From Candidatus Parcubacteria bacterium (GTDB lineage Bacteria; Patescibacteriota; Minisyncoccia; UBA6257; JAGOQP01), in NCBI GenBank assembly GCA_025999395.1, contig AP024682.1, positions 237,638-301,637 on the forward strand: a stretch of DNA of 64,000 nucleotides. Reading direction: 5' to 3'. The notes beneath the pieces are model-generated. The model saw only the letters and a list, made by a program, of their open reading frames with translations. It did not search any database and was not told the origin of the DNA. Each line of letters begins with the position of its first letter. The first letter of the stretch is position 1. The position numbers and the translations under genes are program-made. Of this stretch, positions 18,188-27,081 are shown in pieces.

Positions 18188-19831
18188 GTGGTATTCTTTT
18201 TTAAATCAAAAAGAACTTTTATGAGCGAAAATTCAAAAGATATTATTTATCTAGCCAAAACCAATTTTCGCAATCAAGAGCGAATTTTTGGAATTAGGCG
18301 TCAAGATCGACGTCAGCACGTTTATATTATTGGAAAAACTGGAACCGGAAAGTCAGTTTTGCTGTCTAATATGATTTTACAAGATATTGCTAACGGGGAG
18401 GGAGTTTGTGTAATTGATCCTCATGGAGAGTTGGTGGAAGGAGTACTAAGAAATATTCCAAAATCTCGCAAAGAAGATGTTATTTATTTTAATCCCGCCG
18501 ACACTCAGTATCACATTGGTTTTAATGTTTTAGAAATTCCCGATCCTACTTATAAACATTTAGTAGCTTCGGGGCTGATGGGAATTTTTACTAAAATTTG
18601 GTCCAATGTTTGGTCAGCGCGAATGGAGTATATTTTAAATAATACTATTTTAGCTCTTTTGGATACGCCCGGCTCAACAATGTTAGGAATCAATCGAATT
18701 TTGGTTGACAGCGCTTATCGCCAACGAGTAATTGCCAATATCAAAGATCCAGTAGTAAAAGCTTTTTGGATCTATGAATTTGAGCAGTGGTCTAATCAAT
18801 TTCGTAACGAAGCTATTGCTCCAATTCAAAATAAGGTAGGGCAATTTCTTTCTACTTCAATTATTCGCAACATTGTGGGACAGTCAAAAAGTACGATTGA
18901 TTTTTTCAAGATTATGAATGAAGGAAAGATTCTTTTGGTGGATGTTTCTAAAGGAAAAATCGGAGAAGATAACTCGGCTCTTTTGGGGGCGATGATTATT
19001 ACCAAGCTTCAGCTTTCAGCGATGGAGAGAGTTAGAATTCCGGAGGAGAAAAGAAGAGATTTTTATCTTTATGTTGATGAATTTCAAAACTTTGCCACTG
19101 ATTCTTTTGCTAACATTCTTTCAGAAGCTAGAAAATACCGTCTCAATTTAACGGTGGCTCATCAGTATATTGGTCAATTAGTGGGTCCTTCCAATAACAC
19201 TAAAGTAAGAGACGCTGTTTTTGGTAATGTGGGGACGATGATTGTTTTTCGAATTGGAGCGGCGGATGCTGATTTTCTTAAGGAGGAAATGGCTCCGGAA
19301 TTTAGTCCTCAGGATATGGTCAATCTTCCTAATTATCACATTTATCTAAAACTGATGGTTCAAGGTGTGACTTCACGACCGTTTTCCGCAATTACTCTTC
19401 CGCCTTTGATTTTGAGGGAAGAAAAAGCCGAAGTAGAAGAAATTATTGAGGAGTCGCGTTTGCGCTATGCTCGTCCTCGGCAAGAGGTGGAAAAAGAAAT
19501 CGATGCTTGGAGTCAAGCAACCCTAGGCTTTTCTTTTCTTAAGCCTTCTTTAGAGGAATCTACTTCTATCACCGGCTTAAAAAGAAAAGAATGTGCTCTC
19601 TGTCAGAAAACGGTTTTGGTACCCGAGGACTTTTCTGAAAAAGATCCTTTTTACTGCCAAGAGTGCCTTGAAAGATTGAATTCAAAAAAGTCAGAAGAAA
19701 TATCGATTTCAGAGTTACCTGCATCTCAAAAAAGCGAAAGCCCTCCCTTAGCAGAAGCTGAAAAGAAAAAGAAAAAAAAGATAGATGTTGAGGGATTAAG
19801 GGAAGCTTTGCGGAAAGCTCTTTCTTCTTGA
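18188..19831 (+). CDS. HerA/TraG(VirD4)/FtsK-superfamily P-loop ATPase with a C-terminal CxxC...CxxC zinc ribbon. The likely true start is ATG 18221. No TM segment.
   Basis: Walker A IIGKTGTGKS. VIDPHGEL (the DPHGEY-type motif of DUF87/HerA). Walker B LYVDEFQNF. RKYRLNLTVAHQYIGQL (the Q...QL motif of coupling proteins). C-terminal CALCQ...CQEC. Confidence 0.55.
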   Translation: MVFFFKSKRTFMSENSKDIIYLAKTNFRNQERIFGIRRQDRRQHVYIIGKTGTGKSVLLSNMILQDIANGEGVCVIDPHGELVEGVLRNIPKSRKEDVIYFNPADTQYHIGFNVLEIPDPTYKHLVASGLMGIFTKIWSNVWSARMEYILNNTILALLDTPGSTMLGINRILVDSAYRQRVIANIKDPVVKAFWIYEFEQWSNQFRNEAIAPIQNKVGQFLSTSIIRNIVGQSKSTIDFFKIMNEGKILLVDVSKGKIGEDNSALLGAMIITKLQLSAMERVRIPEEKRRDFYLYVDEFQNFATDSFANILSEARKYRLNLTVAHQYIGQLVGPSNNTKVRDAVFGNVGTMIVFRIGAADADFLKEEMAPEFSPQDMVNLPNYHIYLKLMVQGVTSRPFSAITLPPLILREEKAEVEEIIEESRLRYARPRQEVEKEIDAWSQATLGFSFLKPSLEESTSITGLKRKECALCQKTVLVPEDFSEKDPFYCQECLERLNSKKSEEISISELPASQKSESPPLAEAEKKKKKKIDVEGLREALRKALSS

Positions 19832-19866
19832 TTTTAATTAACAAACAGGAAAATAATTAGATAATT

Positions 19867-21162
19867 ATGATTATATTAGAGGCTGGGCAATTAATTCTTA
19901 ATGGGTTGGAGTCTTTATGGTGGTTATTGGCATTAATAATTTTGGTACCTTTAGCTCACGAAAGCTGGCTGGCTTGGCGTCAAGAAATTTATAAATCAGC
20001 TGTTAAATATATCTTGCTTGAGATTCGAATCCCTCCTCAAGTGAAAAAAAGTCCCAAAGCAATGGAGCAGATTTTGGCTCAAATTCATTCTTTGGGAAAT
20101 TATCCGGGAAATCTTAAATCTTATAATTTAGAGGGGGAAGTAACTCTTTGGTTTTCTTTGGATGTAGTTAGTTTTGGAGGAGAGATTCATTTTTATTTAC
20201 GCCTTCCTCAAAAACATCAGGAAATTGTAGAAACCGCTTTCTTTTCTTATTATCCAGATTTGGAAATAGTGCCGGTGAAAGATTATTTGGAAGATCTTCC
20301 TCAAACCCTATTTGAAACTTATCAAAGAAACTTCGATTTTTGGGGAACTGAATTTGTTTTAGGAAAAGAAGATATCTACCCTTTGAAAACTTATCAAGAT
20401 TTTGAAGGAGGAACAGAAAAAGAATTTGATCCTATTTCTGTTTTGTTAGAAGTTTTAGCTAAAGTAAAGAAAAATGAGTTTGTAGCTCTTCAGTTTATCT
20501 GTCTTCCTTCGCCAGCAAAAGATTGGAAGGAAAGAGGGGAAAGGGTTATTCAAGAGCTAAAGGAAAAAAGCTCTCCGGCTCCAAAAGAATCTTTGGAAGG
20601 TCAGACTTCTCAAGTTAGCCCTCCGTCTAATTCCAAAGATTTAGAATTAGCTAAATTGATTGAAAAAAATATAGAGAAACCAGCTTTTAAGGTTTTAATT
20701 CGAGCTGGTTATTTTGGTTCGCGTGAGAATTTTAGCGAGGGTTTTGTAAAGAATGGGTTAAAAGGCGCTCTTAATCAATACAGTGGCCCGGAGATGAATT
20801 TTTTTAATAGTAATGGTCAAGTAGAAACTAAACCTCAACTCACCGGCTGGCCTTATCTTTTTCCTCGATTAAGAGTTTCTTGGCGCAAGCAAAGAATGCT
20901 TTTTAACTTTTCTAGATTTCTTATTCCTCCTCAAACCTTTATTGGAAAATTAGCTACCTCTCATCTTTTAAATAGCAATTTTAACTCTCAGATGTTTTAC
21001 TTAAACACTCAGGTTTTAGCTACTCTTTTTCATCCCCCCTTACATTTTGTCATCACTTCCCCCCACATTAAAGAGCTTCCTAGCCGAAAATTAGGAGCGC
21101 CTGCTGGCTTACCAATTTTTGGGGAAGAGGAAGAGAGATTAAAAAAATTTGAGATTAAGTAG
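19867..21162 (+). CDS. Hypothetical membrane-anchored protein (N-terminal TM), downstream partner of the ATPase.
   Basis: One N-terminal hydrophobic helix (LWWLLALIILVPLA). No recognisable domain. The intergenic gap is 35 nt. Confidence 0.4.
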   Translation: MIILEAGQLILNGLESLWWLLALIILVPLAHESWLAWRQEIYKSAVKYILLEIRIPPQVKKSPKAMEQILAQIHSLGNYPGNLKSYNLEGEVTLWFSLDVVSFGGEIHFYLRLPQKHQEIVETAFFSYYPDLEIVPVKDYLEDLPQTLFETYQRNFDFWGTEFVLGKEDIYPLKTYQDFEGGTEKEFDPISVLLEVLAKVKKNEFVALQFICLPSPAKDWKERGERVIQELKEKSSPAPKESLEGQTSQVSPPSNSKDLELAKLIEKNIEKPAFKVLIRAGYFGSRENFSEGFVKNGLKGALNQYSGPEMNFFNSNGQVETKPQLTGWPYLFPRLRVSWRKQRMLFNFSRFLIPPQTFIGKLATSHLLNSNFNSQMFYLNTQVLATLFHPPLHFVITSPHIKELPSRKLGAPAGLPIFGEEEERLKKFEIK

Positions 21163-21178
21163 TGAATAAGAAAAAAAT

Positions 21179-21691
21179 ATGGAAAATCTTTTCGGACCTT
21201 TTACTAAAATCTTTGAGGTAATTAAGATAGTAGTCATCGGTTTGGATGTTTTTCTACTTTTAATTTTTCTTTATGCTTTAAGAGGCTTAAGAAATTTTCG
21301 ACCTCATTTTTTTGATTGGGAGAAAAAATTTCAATCCTTGGAGACGGCTTTTAATAAAAATAATCCAACTCTTTCTTTTTCGGAAGAATGGCAAAAGGTT
21401 TTATTTCTTTTTCGAAAAGAGAAACCGGAAGCTTGGCGGCTGGCTTTATTGGCCGCTCATTCTTTAGGTGAGAGGGCTTTAGCTCAATTAGGATTAGCTA
21501 AAGAGAACTTTAAGCAATCACTTCTTTTTTTGGAAGAAAGGGGGTTAGAAAGTTTAAAGGAGGTGGAGAGGGCTTATAAGCTTTACAAGCAATTGTTGAC
21601 TTTGCCCTATTTTTCTCTTTCTCTAGAAGAAACAAAAGAAGCTCTTTTAGCTTATCATCTTTTTCTTAAAGAATTAGGCGTCTTAAAATAG
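21179..21691 (+). CDS. Hypothetical small membrane protein, third gene of the ATPase module.
   Basis: N-terminal TM (VIKIVVIGLDVFLLLIFLYAL) and a helical soluble part. A 16-nt gap separates it from the previous gene. Confidence 0.35.
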   Translation: MENLFGPFTKIFEVIKIVVIGLDVFLLLIFLYALRGLRNFRPHFFDWEKKFQSLETAFNKNNPTLSFSEEWQKVLFLFRKEKPEAWRLALLAAHSLGERALAQLGLAKENFKQSLLFLEERGLESLKEVERAYKLYKQLLTLPYFSLSLEETKEALLAYHLFLKELGVLK

Positions 21692-21704
21692 AGATTTGTT
21701 TTTC

Positions 21705-21734
21705 TTGATTTTTGGTGATTTTTTGGCATATAAT
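21705..21734 (+). promoter_or_regulatory. Sigma70-like promoter TTGATT-18-TATAAT upstream of efp.
   Basis: TTGATT at 21705-21710, TATAAT at 21729-21734. Confidence 0.4.
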
Positions 21735-21776
21735 GAGCCTGGTTTCTTTGTTATTAGAAAATAAATTTTTTCTTCT

Positions 21777-22346
21777 ATGATTGATTACAACGAATTAAGA
21801 CCGGGACAATTTATAGAATATGAAGGCTCGGTTTTTCAAATTTTGGAAGCGAGTTTTTTGCGAATGCAACAAAGAAAGCCGGTAATGAGAGTAAAAATGA
21901 AAGATTTAATTTCTGGTAAAATAAAGGAGGTTTCTTTTCAACAAAGCGATCGTTTAGAAGAAGCTAATTTGGAAAAAATAAAGGCGGTTTTTATCTATGA
22001 AAATAAGGGGCAATATTGGTTTCATGAAGTAGGAAATCCCAAAAATCGCTTTTTCTTCGAGGCGGATTTTTTAGGCGCCAGCGCTCAATTTTTGAAACCA
22101 AGTCTAGAGGTTACGGTGTTAAAGTTTAAAGATAAGTTTGTGAGTGTAGAATTGCCTATTAAAGTGGATTATAAGGTTAAAGAAGCTCCTCCCTCTGTCA
22201 AAGGAGATACAGCTTCCGGTGGTTCTAAACAAGTTATTTTAGAAACCGGTGCTAAAGTAACCGTACCCTTTTTTATCAATCAAGGGGATATCATTCGGAT
22301 TAATACTCAAACAGGAGAGTATGTCGAGCGAGTAGAAAAAGGTTAA
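21777..22346 (+). CDS. efp: Elongation factor P.
   Basis: 189 aa with the C-terminal GDIIRINTQTGEYVERV and KPG-like loop region. Confidence 0.85.
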   Translation: MIDYNELRPGQFIEYEGSVFQILEASFLRMQQRKPVMRVKMKDLISGKIKEVSFQQSDRLEEANLEKIKAVFIYENKGQYWFHEVGNPKNRFFFEADFLGASAQFLKPSLEVTVLKFKDKFVSVELPIKVDYKVKEAPPSVKGDTASGGSKQVILETGAKVTVPFFINQGDIIRINTQTGEYVERVEKG

Positions 22347-22420
22347 TTTTTGAAAAGATTTTTACTTACTACTTTTCTTTTGCTAAGAAGCTTTCAAACC
22401 TTCTTGGAGATTTTTAGTGA

Positions 22421-23746
22421 GTGAGGTTTTTAATTATTCACTATTTCGTGTCAAGAGATTTTTTAAAATCAGCAAAAAATATTTTTTGTATTGGTATTGG
22501 AGGGATTGGGGTTTCTGCTTTAGCAAGAATGTTTTTGCTTGAAGGGAAAAGGGTTAGCGGCTCCGATATTAGCCCTTCTTTTGTAACCGAGGAGTTAAAA
22601 AAGAAAGGAGCAAAGATTTTTATTGGTCACAAGGAAGAAAATTTAAAGAACGATACTGATCTGGTTATTTATACGAAAGCCATTAAGAAAGATAACCCCG
22701 AGCTAAAGAAAGCTAAAAGATTAAAGATAAAAACTCTTTCTTATTCTCAAGCGCTGGGAGAAATTTCTTCGGGTAAATACACGGTTGCTATCTCTGGTTC
22801 TCATGGCAAAACCACCACTACCGGAATGATTGCTTGGGGACTTTTGAAGGCTAGAAAACAGCCAACGGTTGTTGTGGGTAGTTTTTTAAAAGGTTTAAAG
22901 AGTAATTTTGTTGCTGGTAGGGGAAAATACTTTGTGGTAGAGGCTTGCGAATACCAAGAATCGTTTTTAGATTTAAATCCCCAAATAATTGTTGTTACTA
23001 ACATTGATAACGATCATTTAGATTACTATAAAAACTTATCCAATTTAAAGAAAGCTTTTTTAAAGTTTATTCAAAAACTGCCTTCAGGTGGTTATTTGGT
23101 TTGCGATTTGAGTGATCGGAAAATCAGTGATCTTGTTAGGAGGATAAAGAAAAAGAGATTTGAAGTTATTGATTTTTCCAAATCTAAAATAGATTTTCCC
23201 TTAAGATTAATTGGGGAACATAATCTGAAAAACGCTCAAGCGGCAGCCAGTGTTCTTCGCTTGTTGAAAGTTGAGGATAAGATTATTAAAAGCGCTCTTT
23301 CTTCTTTTTCTGGAACATTAAGAAGATTTGAATATAAGGGGAAAAAAGAGGGAGTTTTAGTTTATGATGATTATGCTCATCATCCCACCGAAATTAAAAA
23401 AACTTTAAAAGCCGCCAAAGAATTTTTTAAAAATCAAAAAATTACCGTTGTTTTTCAACCCCATCTTTATTCACGCACCAAAATTCTTTTTAACGATTTC
23501 TTAAAGAGCTTTCAAGATGCTGACTCAATAATTTTTCTTCCTATTTACGCAGCTCGGGAAAAGTTTGATAAATCTATTTCCTCAAAGAAACTTTTTTCTC
23601 AACTAAAGCATAAAAATAAGTTTTATTTCGATTCCTTTAAAGAAACGACTGATTTCTTAAAATCTTATCTGAAAAAGGGCGACATTCTCTTAACTATGGG
23701 AGCAGGAGATGTTTATAAAATTGCCGAAGCTTACCTGAAGAAATAA
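22421..23746 (+). CDS. murC: UDP-N-acetylmuramate--L-alanine ligase.
   Basis: GIGGIGVSALARMFLLEGKRVSGSD Rossmann start, GSHGKTTTTGM P-loop, DDYAHHPTE. Confidence 0.85.
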   Translation: MRFLIIHYFVSRDFLKSAKNIFCIGIGGIGVSALARMFLLEGKRVSGSDISPSFVTEELKKKGAKIFIGHKEENLKNDTDLVIYTKAIKKDNPELKKAKRLKIKTLSYSQALGEISSGKYTVAISGSHGKTTTTGMIAWGLLKARKQPTVVVGSFLKGLKSNFVAGRGKYFVVEACEYQESFLDLNPQIIVVTNIDNDHLDYYKNLSNLKKAFLKFIQKLPSGGYLVCDLSDRKISDLVRRIKKKRFEVIDFSKSKIDFPLRLIGEHNLKNAQAAASVLRLLKVEDKIIKSALSSFSGTLRRFEYKGKKEGVLVYDDYAHHPTEIKKTLKAAKEFFKNQKITVVFQPHLYSRTKILFNDFLKSFQDADSIIFLPIYAAREKFDKSISSKKLFSQLKHKNKFYFDSFKETTDFLKSYLKKGDILLTMGAGDVYKIAEAYLKK

Positions 23747-23808
23747 CTTCTCTTTCTTTATTATCCTCCCTTTACTTTTTTAAATTATCGGTTTTAAATT
23801 TTAAAGCC

Positions 23809-24894
23809 ATGTTTTTCTTAAATAAAAAACATCAAAAAGTTTTTGTAGCTCTTTCAGGGGGAGTGGATTCCTCAGTGGCGGCTTTGTTACTTAAAAGAGC
23901 GGGTTATCAAGTTTTTGGAGGGTTTATTCGGGGCTATAATCTTGACGGCTGTCAAGACAAAGAAGCTTACGATGCGCGCTTAGTAGCAGAAAAACTAGGC
24001 ATTCCTTTTTATGTTTTTGATTTTGAAAAAGAGTATAAGGAAAGAGTGGTTAATTATATTTTAGAAGGTTATCGCAAAGGAATTACTCCCAATCCTGATG
24101 TGGTTTGTAATAGTCAGATCAAATTCGGGCTTTTTTATAATCAAGCTAAAGCAATGGGGGCAGATTTTGTTGCCAGCGGTCACTATGCCATCTTGAAAAG
24201 AAATTTTTTTACTCGGAAAGTTTCTCTTTTTCAAGCCAAAGATAAAAATAAAGATCAAACTTATTTTTTGTGGCAAGTTCCTTATGAAAGGTTTAAACAG
24301 CTTATTTTTCCGATCGGTTCTTTTAAAAAAGAAGAGGTCCGTCGCCTAGCTAAGAAGTTTGATTTGCCAACCGCCGAAAAAAAGGATTCGCAGGGGATTT
24401 GTTTTTTGGGAAAATTTAAGTTTTCTGATTTTTTGAAGCAACACTTAGGAGAAAAAGAAGGAGAAATTATAGATGTTTATGGAAAAAAAGTGGGAGTTCA
24501 TCGAGGGGTTTGGTTTTATACTTTAGGTCAAAAACACGGTTTTATTAATACAGCCGGCAGGGAGTTTTATGTAATAGACAAAGATCTTCAAAACAATGTT
24601 TTAATTGTAGCCTACAAAGAGAATAAAGAGGTTTATTGTCAGAGTTTTAAGGTAACTGATTTGAATTTTTTGGATGATGAAATATCCAAAGCTTTTAAAA
24701 ACAAGAAAGAAATAAAGGTTTGGGTGCGCGTCCGTTATCGCCAGCCTTTATTAGAGGCAAAAATTTCTCCTCTGGATTTTTCTTTGGCTTTGGTAACCAC
24801 AAAAGAACCTCAAATGCTTTTTCCAGCCTCAGGCCAATCAGCAGTTTTTTATAGCAAAAAGGGACAGGTTTTGGGGGGAGGGGTGATAGTTTAA
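23809..24894 (+). CDS. mnmA: tRNA-specific 2-thiouridylase MnmA.
   Basis: VALSGGVDSSVAALLL PP-loop and CQDKEAYDARLVAEKLGIP. Confidence 0.85.
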   Translation: MFFLNKKHQKVFVALSGGVDSSVAALLLKRAGYQVFGGFIRGYNLDGCQDKEAYDARLVAEKLGIPFYVFDFEKEYKERVVNYILEGYRKGITPNPDVVCNSQIKFGLFYNQAKAMGADFVASGHYAILKRNFFTRKVSLFQAKDKNKDQTYFLWQVPYERFKQLIFPIGSFKKEEVRRLAKKFDLPTAEKKDSQGICFLGKFKFSDFLKQHLGEKEGEIIDVYGKKVGVHRGVWFYTLGQKHGFINTAGREFYVIDKDLQNNVLIVAYKENKEVYCQSFKVTDLNFLDDEISKAFKNKKEIKVWVRVRYRQPLLEAKISPLDFSLALVTTKEPQMLFPASGQSAVFYSKKGQVLGGGVIV

Positions 24895-24932
24895 AGAGCA
24901 AATTCTCCCACATAATAGTACAATAAATCTTC

Positions 24933-24960
24933 TTGATTCTTTTGGTTTTTTTGCTATGAT
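24933..24960 (+). promoter_or_regulatory. Sigma70-like promoter TTGATT-16-TATGAT. A GC hairpin plus T-run (25000-25027) follows it, ahead of the probable cobO start.
   Basis: TTGATT at 24933-24938, TATGAT at 24955-24960. CCCCCCGAAAGGGGGG followed by ATTTTTTTATTT at 25000-25027. Confidence 0.3.
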
Positions 24961-25048
24961 TTATCTGCCTCCTTTCCTTTCCTTCTCTTTGCCCTCCTTC
25001 CCCCCGAAAGGGGGGATTTTTTTATTTGGGTTTGATATAATCGATATA

Positions 25049-25579
25049 ATGATTGTTGTTTTTACAGGAAATGGAAAGGGGAAAACTACTGCTTGTTTGG
25101 GACAAATGATTCGAGCGCTAGGGCAGGGGAAAAGAGCGGCGATGTTTCAATTTATCAAAGGCCCCTGGATTTCAGGGGAACACAAATTTGTCGATCTTCT
25201 TTCTTCTTCATTGAAAAAAAATTTTTTAATCTATCGAGGAGGAAAGGGTTTTGTTGGAATTTTAGGTGATAAACTTCCTTTTCGGGTTCATCAAAGAGCC
25301 GCTCTTTTAACTTTAAAAAAGGTTCAGCAGGCAATTCAATCAAAAAAATGGGATTTGGTAGTTTTGGATGAAGTAAATGTAGCGGTTTCTTTGAAACTTT
25401 TGAAAGCAAGGGATGTTTTAAGAGTAATTTCTCAAGCTTCTCCTCAAAAAGTCATTATTCTTTCAGGAAGAAACGCTCCTTTAAGTTTTATTAGAAGGGC
25501 AGATTTGGTAACAGAAATGAAGGAAATAAAACATCCTTATCAAAAAGGAAAAAAGGCGCAGGTTGGTTTTGAATTTTAG
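25049..25579 (+). CDS. cobO: Cob(I)alamin/cob(I)yrinic acid a,c-diamide adenosyltransferase (CobO/BtuR type). The ORF track extends the frame back to 24956, but the conserved core begins at ATG 25049.
   Basis: IVVFTGNGKGKTTACLGQ P-loop and AAMFQFIKG match the CobA/CobO family. The upstream 31 codons of the listed ORF are Pro/Phe-rich with no homology and overlap a terminator-like hairpin. Confidence 0.65.
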   Translation: MIVVFTGNGKGKTTACLGQMIRALGQGKRAAMFQFIKGPWISGEHKFVDLLSSSLKKNFLIYRGGKGFVGILGDKLPFRVHQRAALLTLKKVQQAIQSKKWDLVVLDEVNVAVSLKLLKARDVLRVISQASPQKVIILSGRNAPLSFIRRADLVTEMKEIKHPYQKGKKAQVGFEF

Positions 25580-25626
25580 GCTTAAAAACTTTAATGAGTT
25601 TTATTCTTTGAACTTTTGAAAAATTT

Positions 25627-27081
25627 TTGGCTATGAGCTTGGAAAAAAGAGCTTTTTTCTTTTTTCTCTTCTTTTTAGTAGGTCTTTTTTTATCTTCTTT
25701 AAATTTAAAAACTTTTTATTTGATAGGAGGAGAGCTTTTTTTCTTTTTGGTGCTTTTGTTTTGGGGTGTTTTAAAATCAGATAAGTTTTTTCTTTCTTTG
25801 GCCTTTCTTTCTCTTTTTCTTTTAATGGGTTGGGGATGGGGGAAAGTTTTTAATTTCTTTTATTTTTCTCAGTCATCTTTGGAGTACAACAAAGTCACTC
25901 TTTTGGAAGGGAAAATTTCTTCTTATCCTAAGGTCAATCAGGGTTCGATTAACTTTCTTTTAAAAACCTCTCAAAAGGAGGTGGTTTTTGTTTCCTTGCC
26001 ACCTTTTTATTCTTTTGGTTGGGGGGATTTTCTTAAGATAAGAGGTAAAATTCAAAGATTAGAGGAAAACAATCGTTTTTTAATGAAGGATAAGGTCAAA
26101 GGGGTAGTTTTTTCTCCTGAAGTTTTAGAGCATAAAAGAAACCCTCTTTTTTCCTTAAAAAGGGAGCTTTTTTATTTGAGAGAAAAGTTGTCTGAGGTTT
26201 TTAGAAAAGTTTTTCCTCAAGATGAAGCGGCTTTGGCAACGGGTTTGCTTTTAGGTCAAGAAAGTGCTGGCTTTTCTTCTTCTTTTAAGGAATTTTTAAG
26301 AAAAAGTGGTACCAGTCATTTAGTTGCTTTATCGGGCTACAATGTTTTGATTTTAATTAATGCTATGCATTTGTTTTTAGGTTTCTTTTTTAAAAGAAAA
26401 ACTAATTTTTTCTTGTCTCTTTTTGTTATTTTTCTTTTTGTTTTAATGACGGGCGCAGAAGCTTCGCTGGTGAGAGCATCTTTAATGGGGGGATTGATTC
26501 TTCTAGCTGAAAATTTAAGCCGAATTCCCAATTTTTTAAATTTAACTCTTTTTTCTGCTTGGATAATGGCTCTTTTTAACCCGAAGATATTTTTTGATGT
26601 TGGTTTTCTCCTTTCTTTTTTGGCTTTTTTGGGAATTAGTTATGGAGGTTCTTCTTTAGATATTTTATTTTCTTTTAAAAGCTCTTTTTGGGATCGAGTC
26701 AAGAAAATATTTTTTGAAACTTTTTCTGCTCAAGTTGCTGTTTTACCGATTTTAGTAATTTACTTTGGAAATTTTTCTTGGATGGGTTTTGTTTCTAATA
26801 TTTTTCTTCTCCCACTTATTCCTTTAACAATGTTTCTTAGTTTTTTGGTGGGAGGGGGAGGAATTATTTCTCTGGCTTTAGCTAAAATGATTTCTCTTTT
26901 GCTTTGGCCTTTAATTAGGTTAGAAGTTGATTTAATAAAATTTTTTGGCTCCTTTACAACTTTTTCTTTTTCAGCTAAAGGGTGGGTGTTTTTTGTTTAT
27001 TATTTAATTCTTTTTTGCTTGGGAAGATGGATTTTTAAAAAGGCTAATGAAGAAAAATTAAAACTCGGCTTAATTTTATGA
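25627..27081 (+). CDS. comEC: ComEC/Rec2 DNA-uptake channel, membrane competence domain.
   Basis: LATGLLLGQESAGFSSSFKEFLRKSGTSHLVALSGYNVLIL competence-domain signature. About 10 TM helices. Confidence 0.75.
   Translation: MAMSLEKRAFFFFLFFLVGLFLSSLNLKTFYLIGGELFFFLVLLFWGVLKSDKFFLSLAFLSLFLLMGWGWGKVFNFFYFSQSSLEYNKVTLLEGKISSYPKVNQGSINFLLKTSQKEVVFVSLPPFYSFGWGDFLKIRGKIQRLEENNRFLMKDKVKGVVFSPEVLEHKRNPLFSLKRELFYLREKLSEVFRKVFPQDEAALATGLLLGQESAGFSSSFKEFLRKSGTSHLVALSGYNVLILINAMHLFLGFFFKRKTNFFLSLFVIFLFVLMTGAEASLVRASLMGGLILLAENLSRIPNFLNLTLFSAWIMALFNPKIFFDVGFLLSFLAFLGISYGGSSLDILFSFKSSFWDRVKKIFFETFSAQVAVLPILVIYFGNFSWMGFVSNIFLLPLIPLTMFLSFLVGGGGIISLALAKMISLLLWPLIRLEVDLIKFFGSFTTFSFSAKGWVFFVYYLILFCLGRWIFKKANEEKLKLGLIL

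Noticed and set aside
18188-19831. Calling the ATPase a canonical VirD4/TraD type IV coupling protein.
   Set aside because: It lacks the N-terminal TM anchor. It carries a HerA/DUF87-like DPHGE box. No relaxase or VirB genes are present in the window. It is left at superfamily level.
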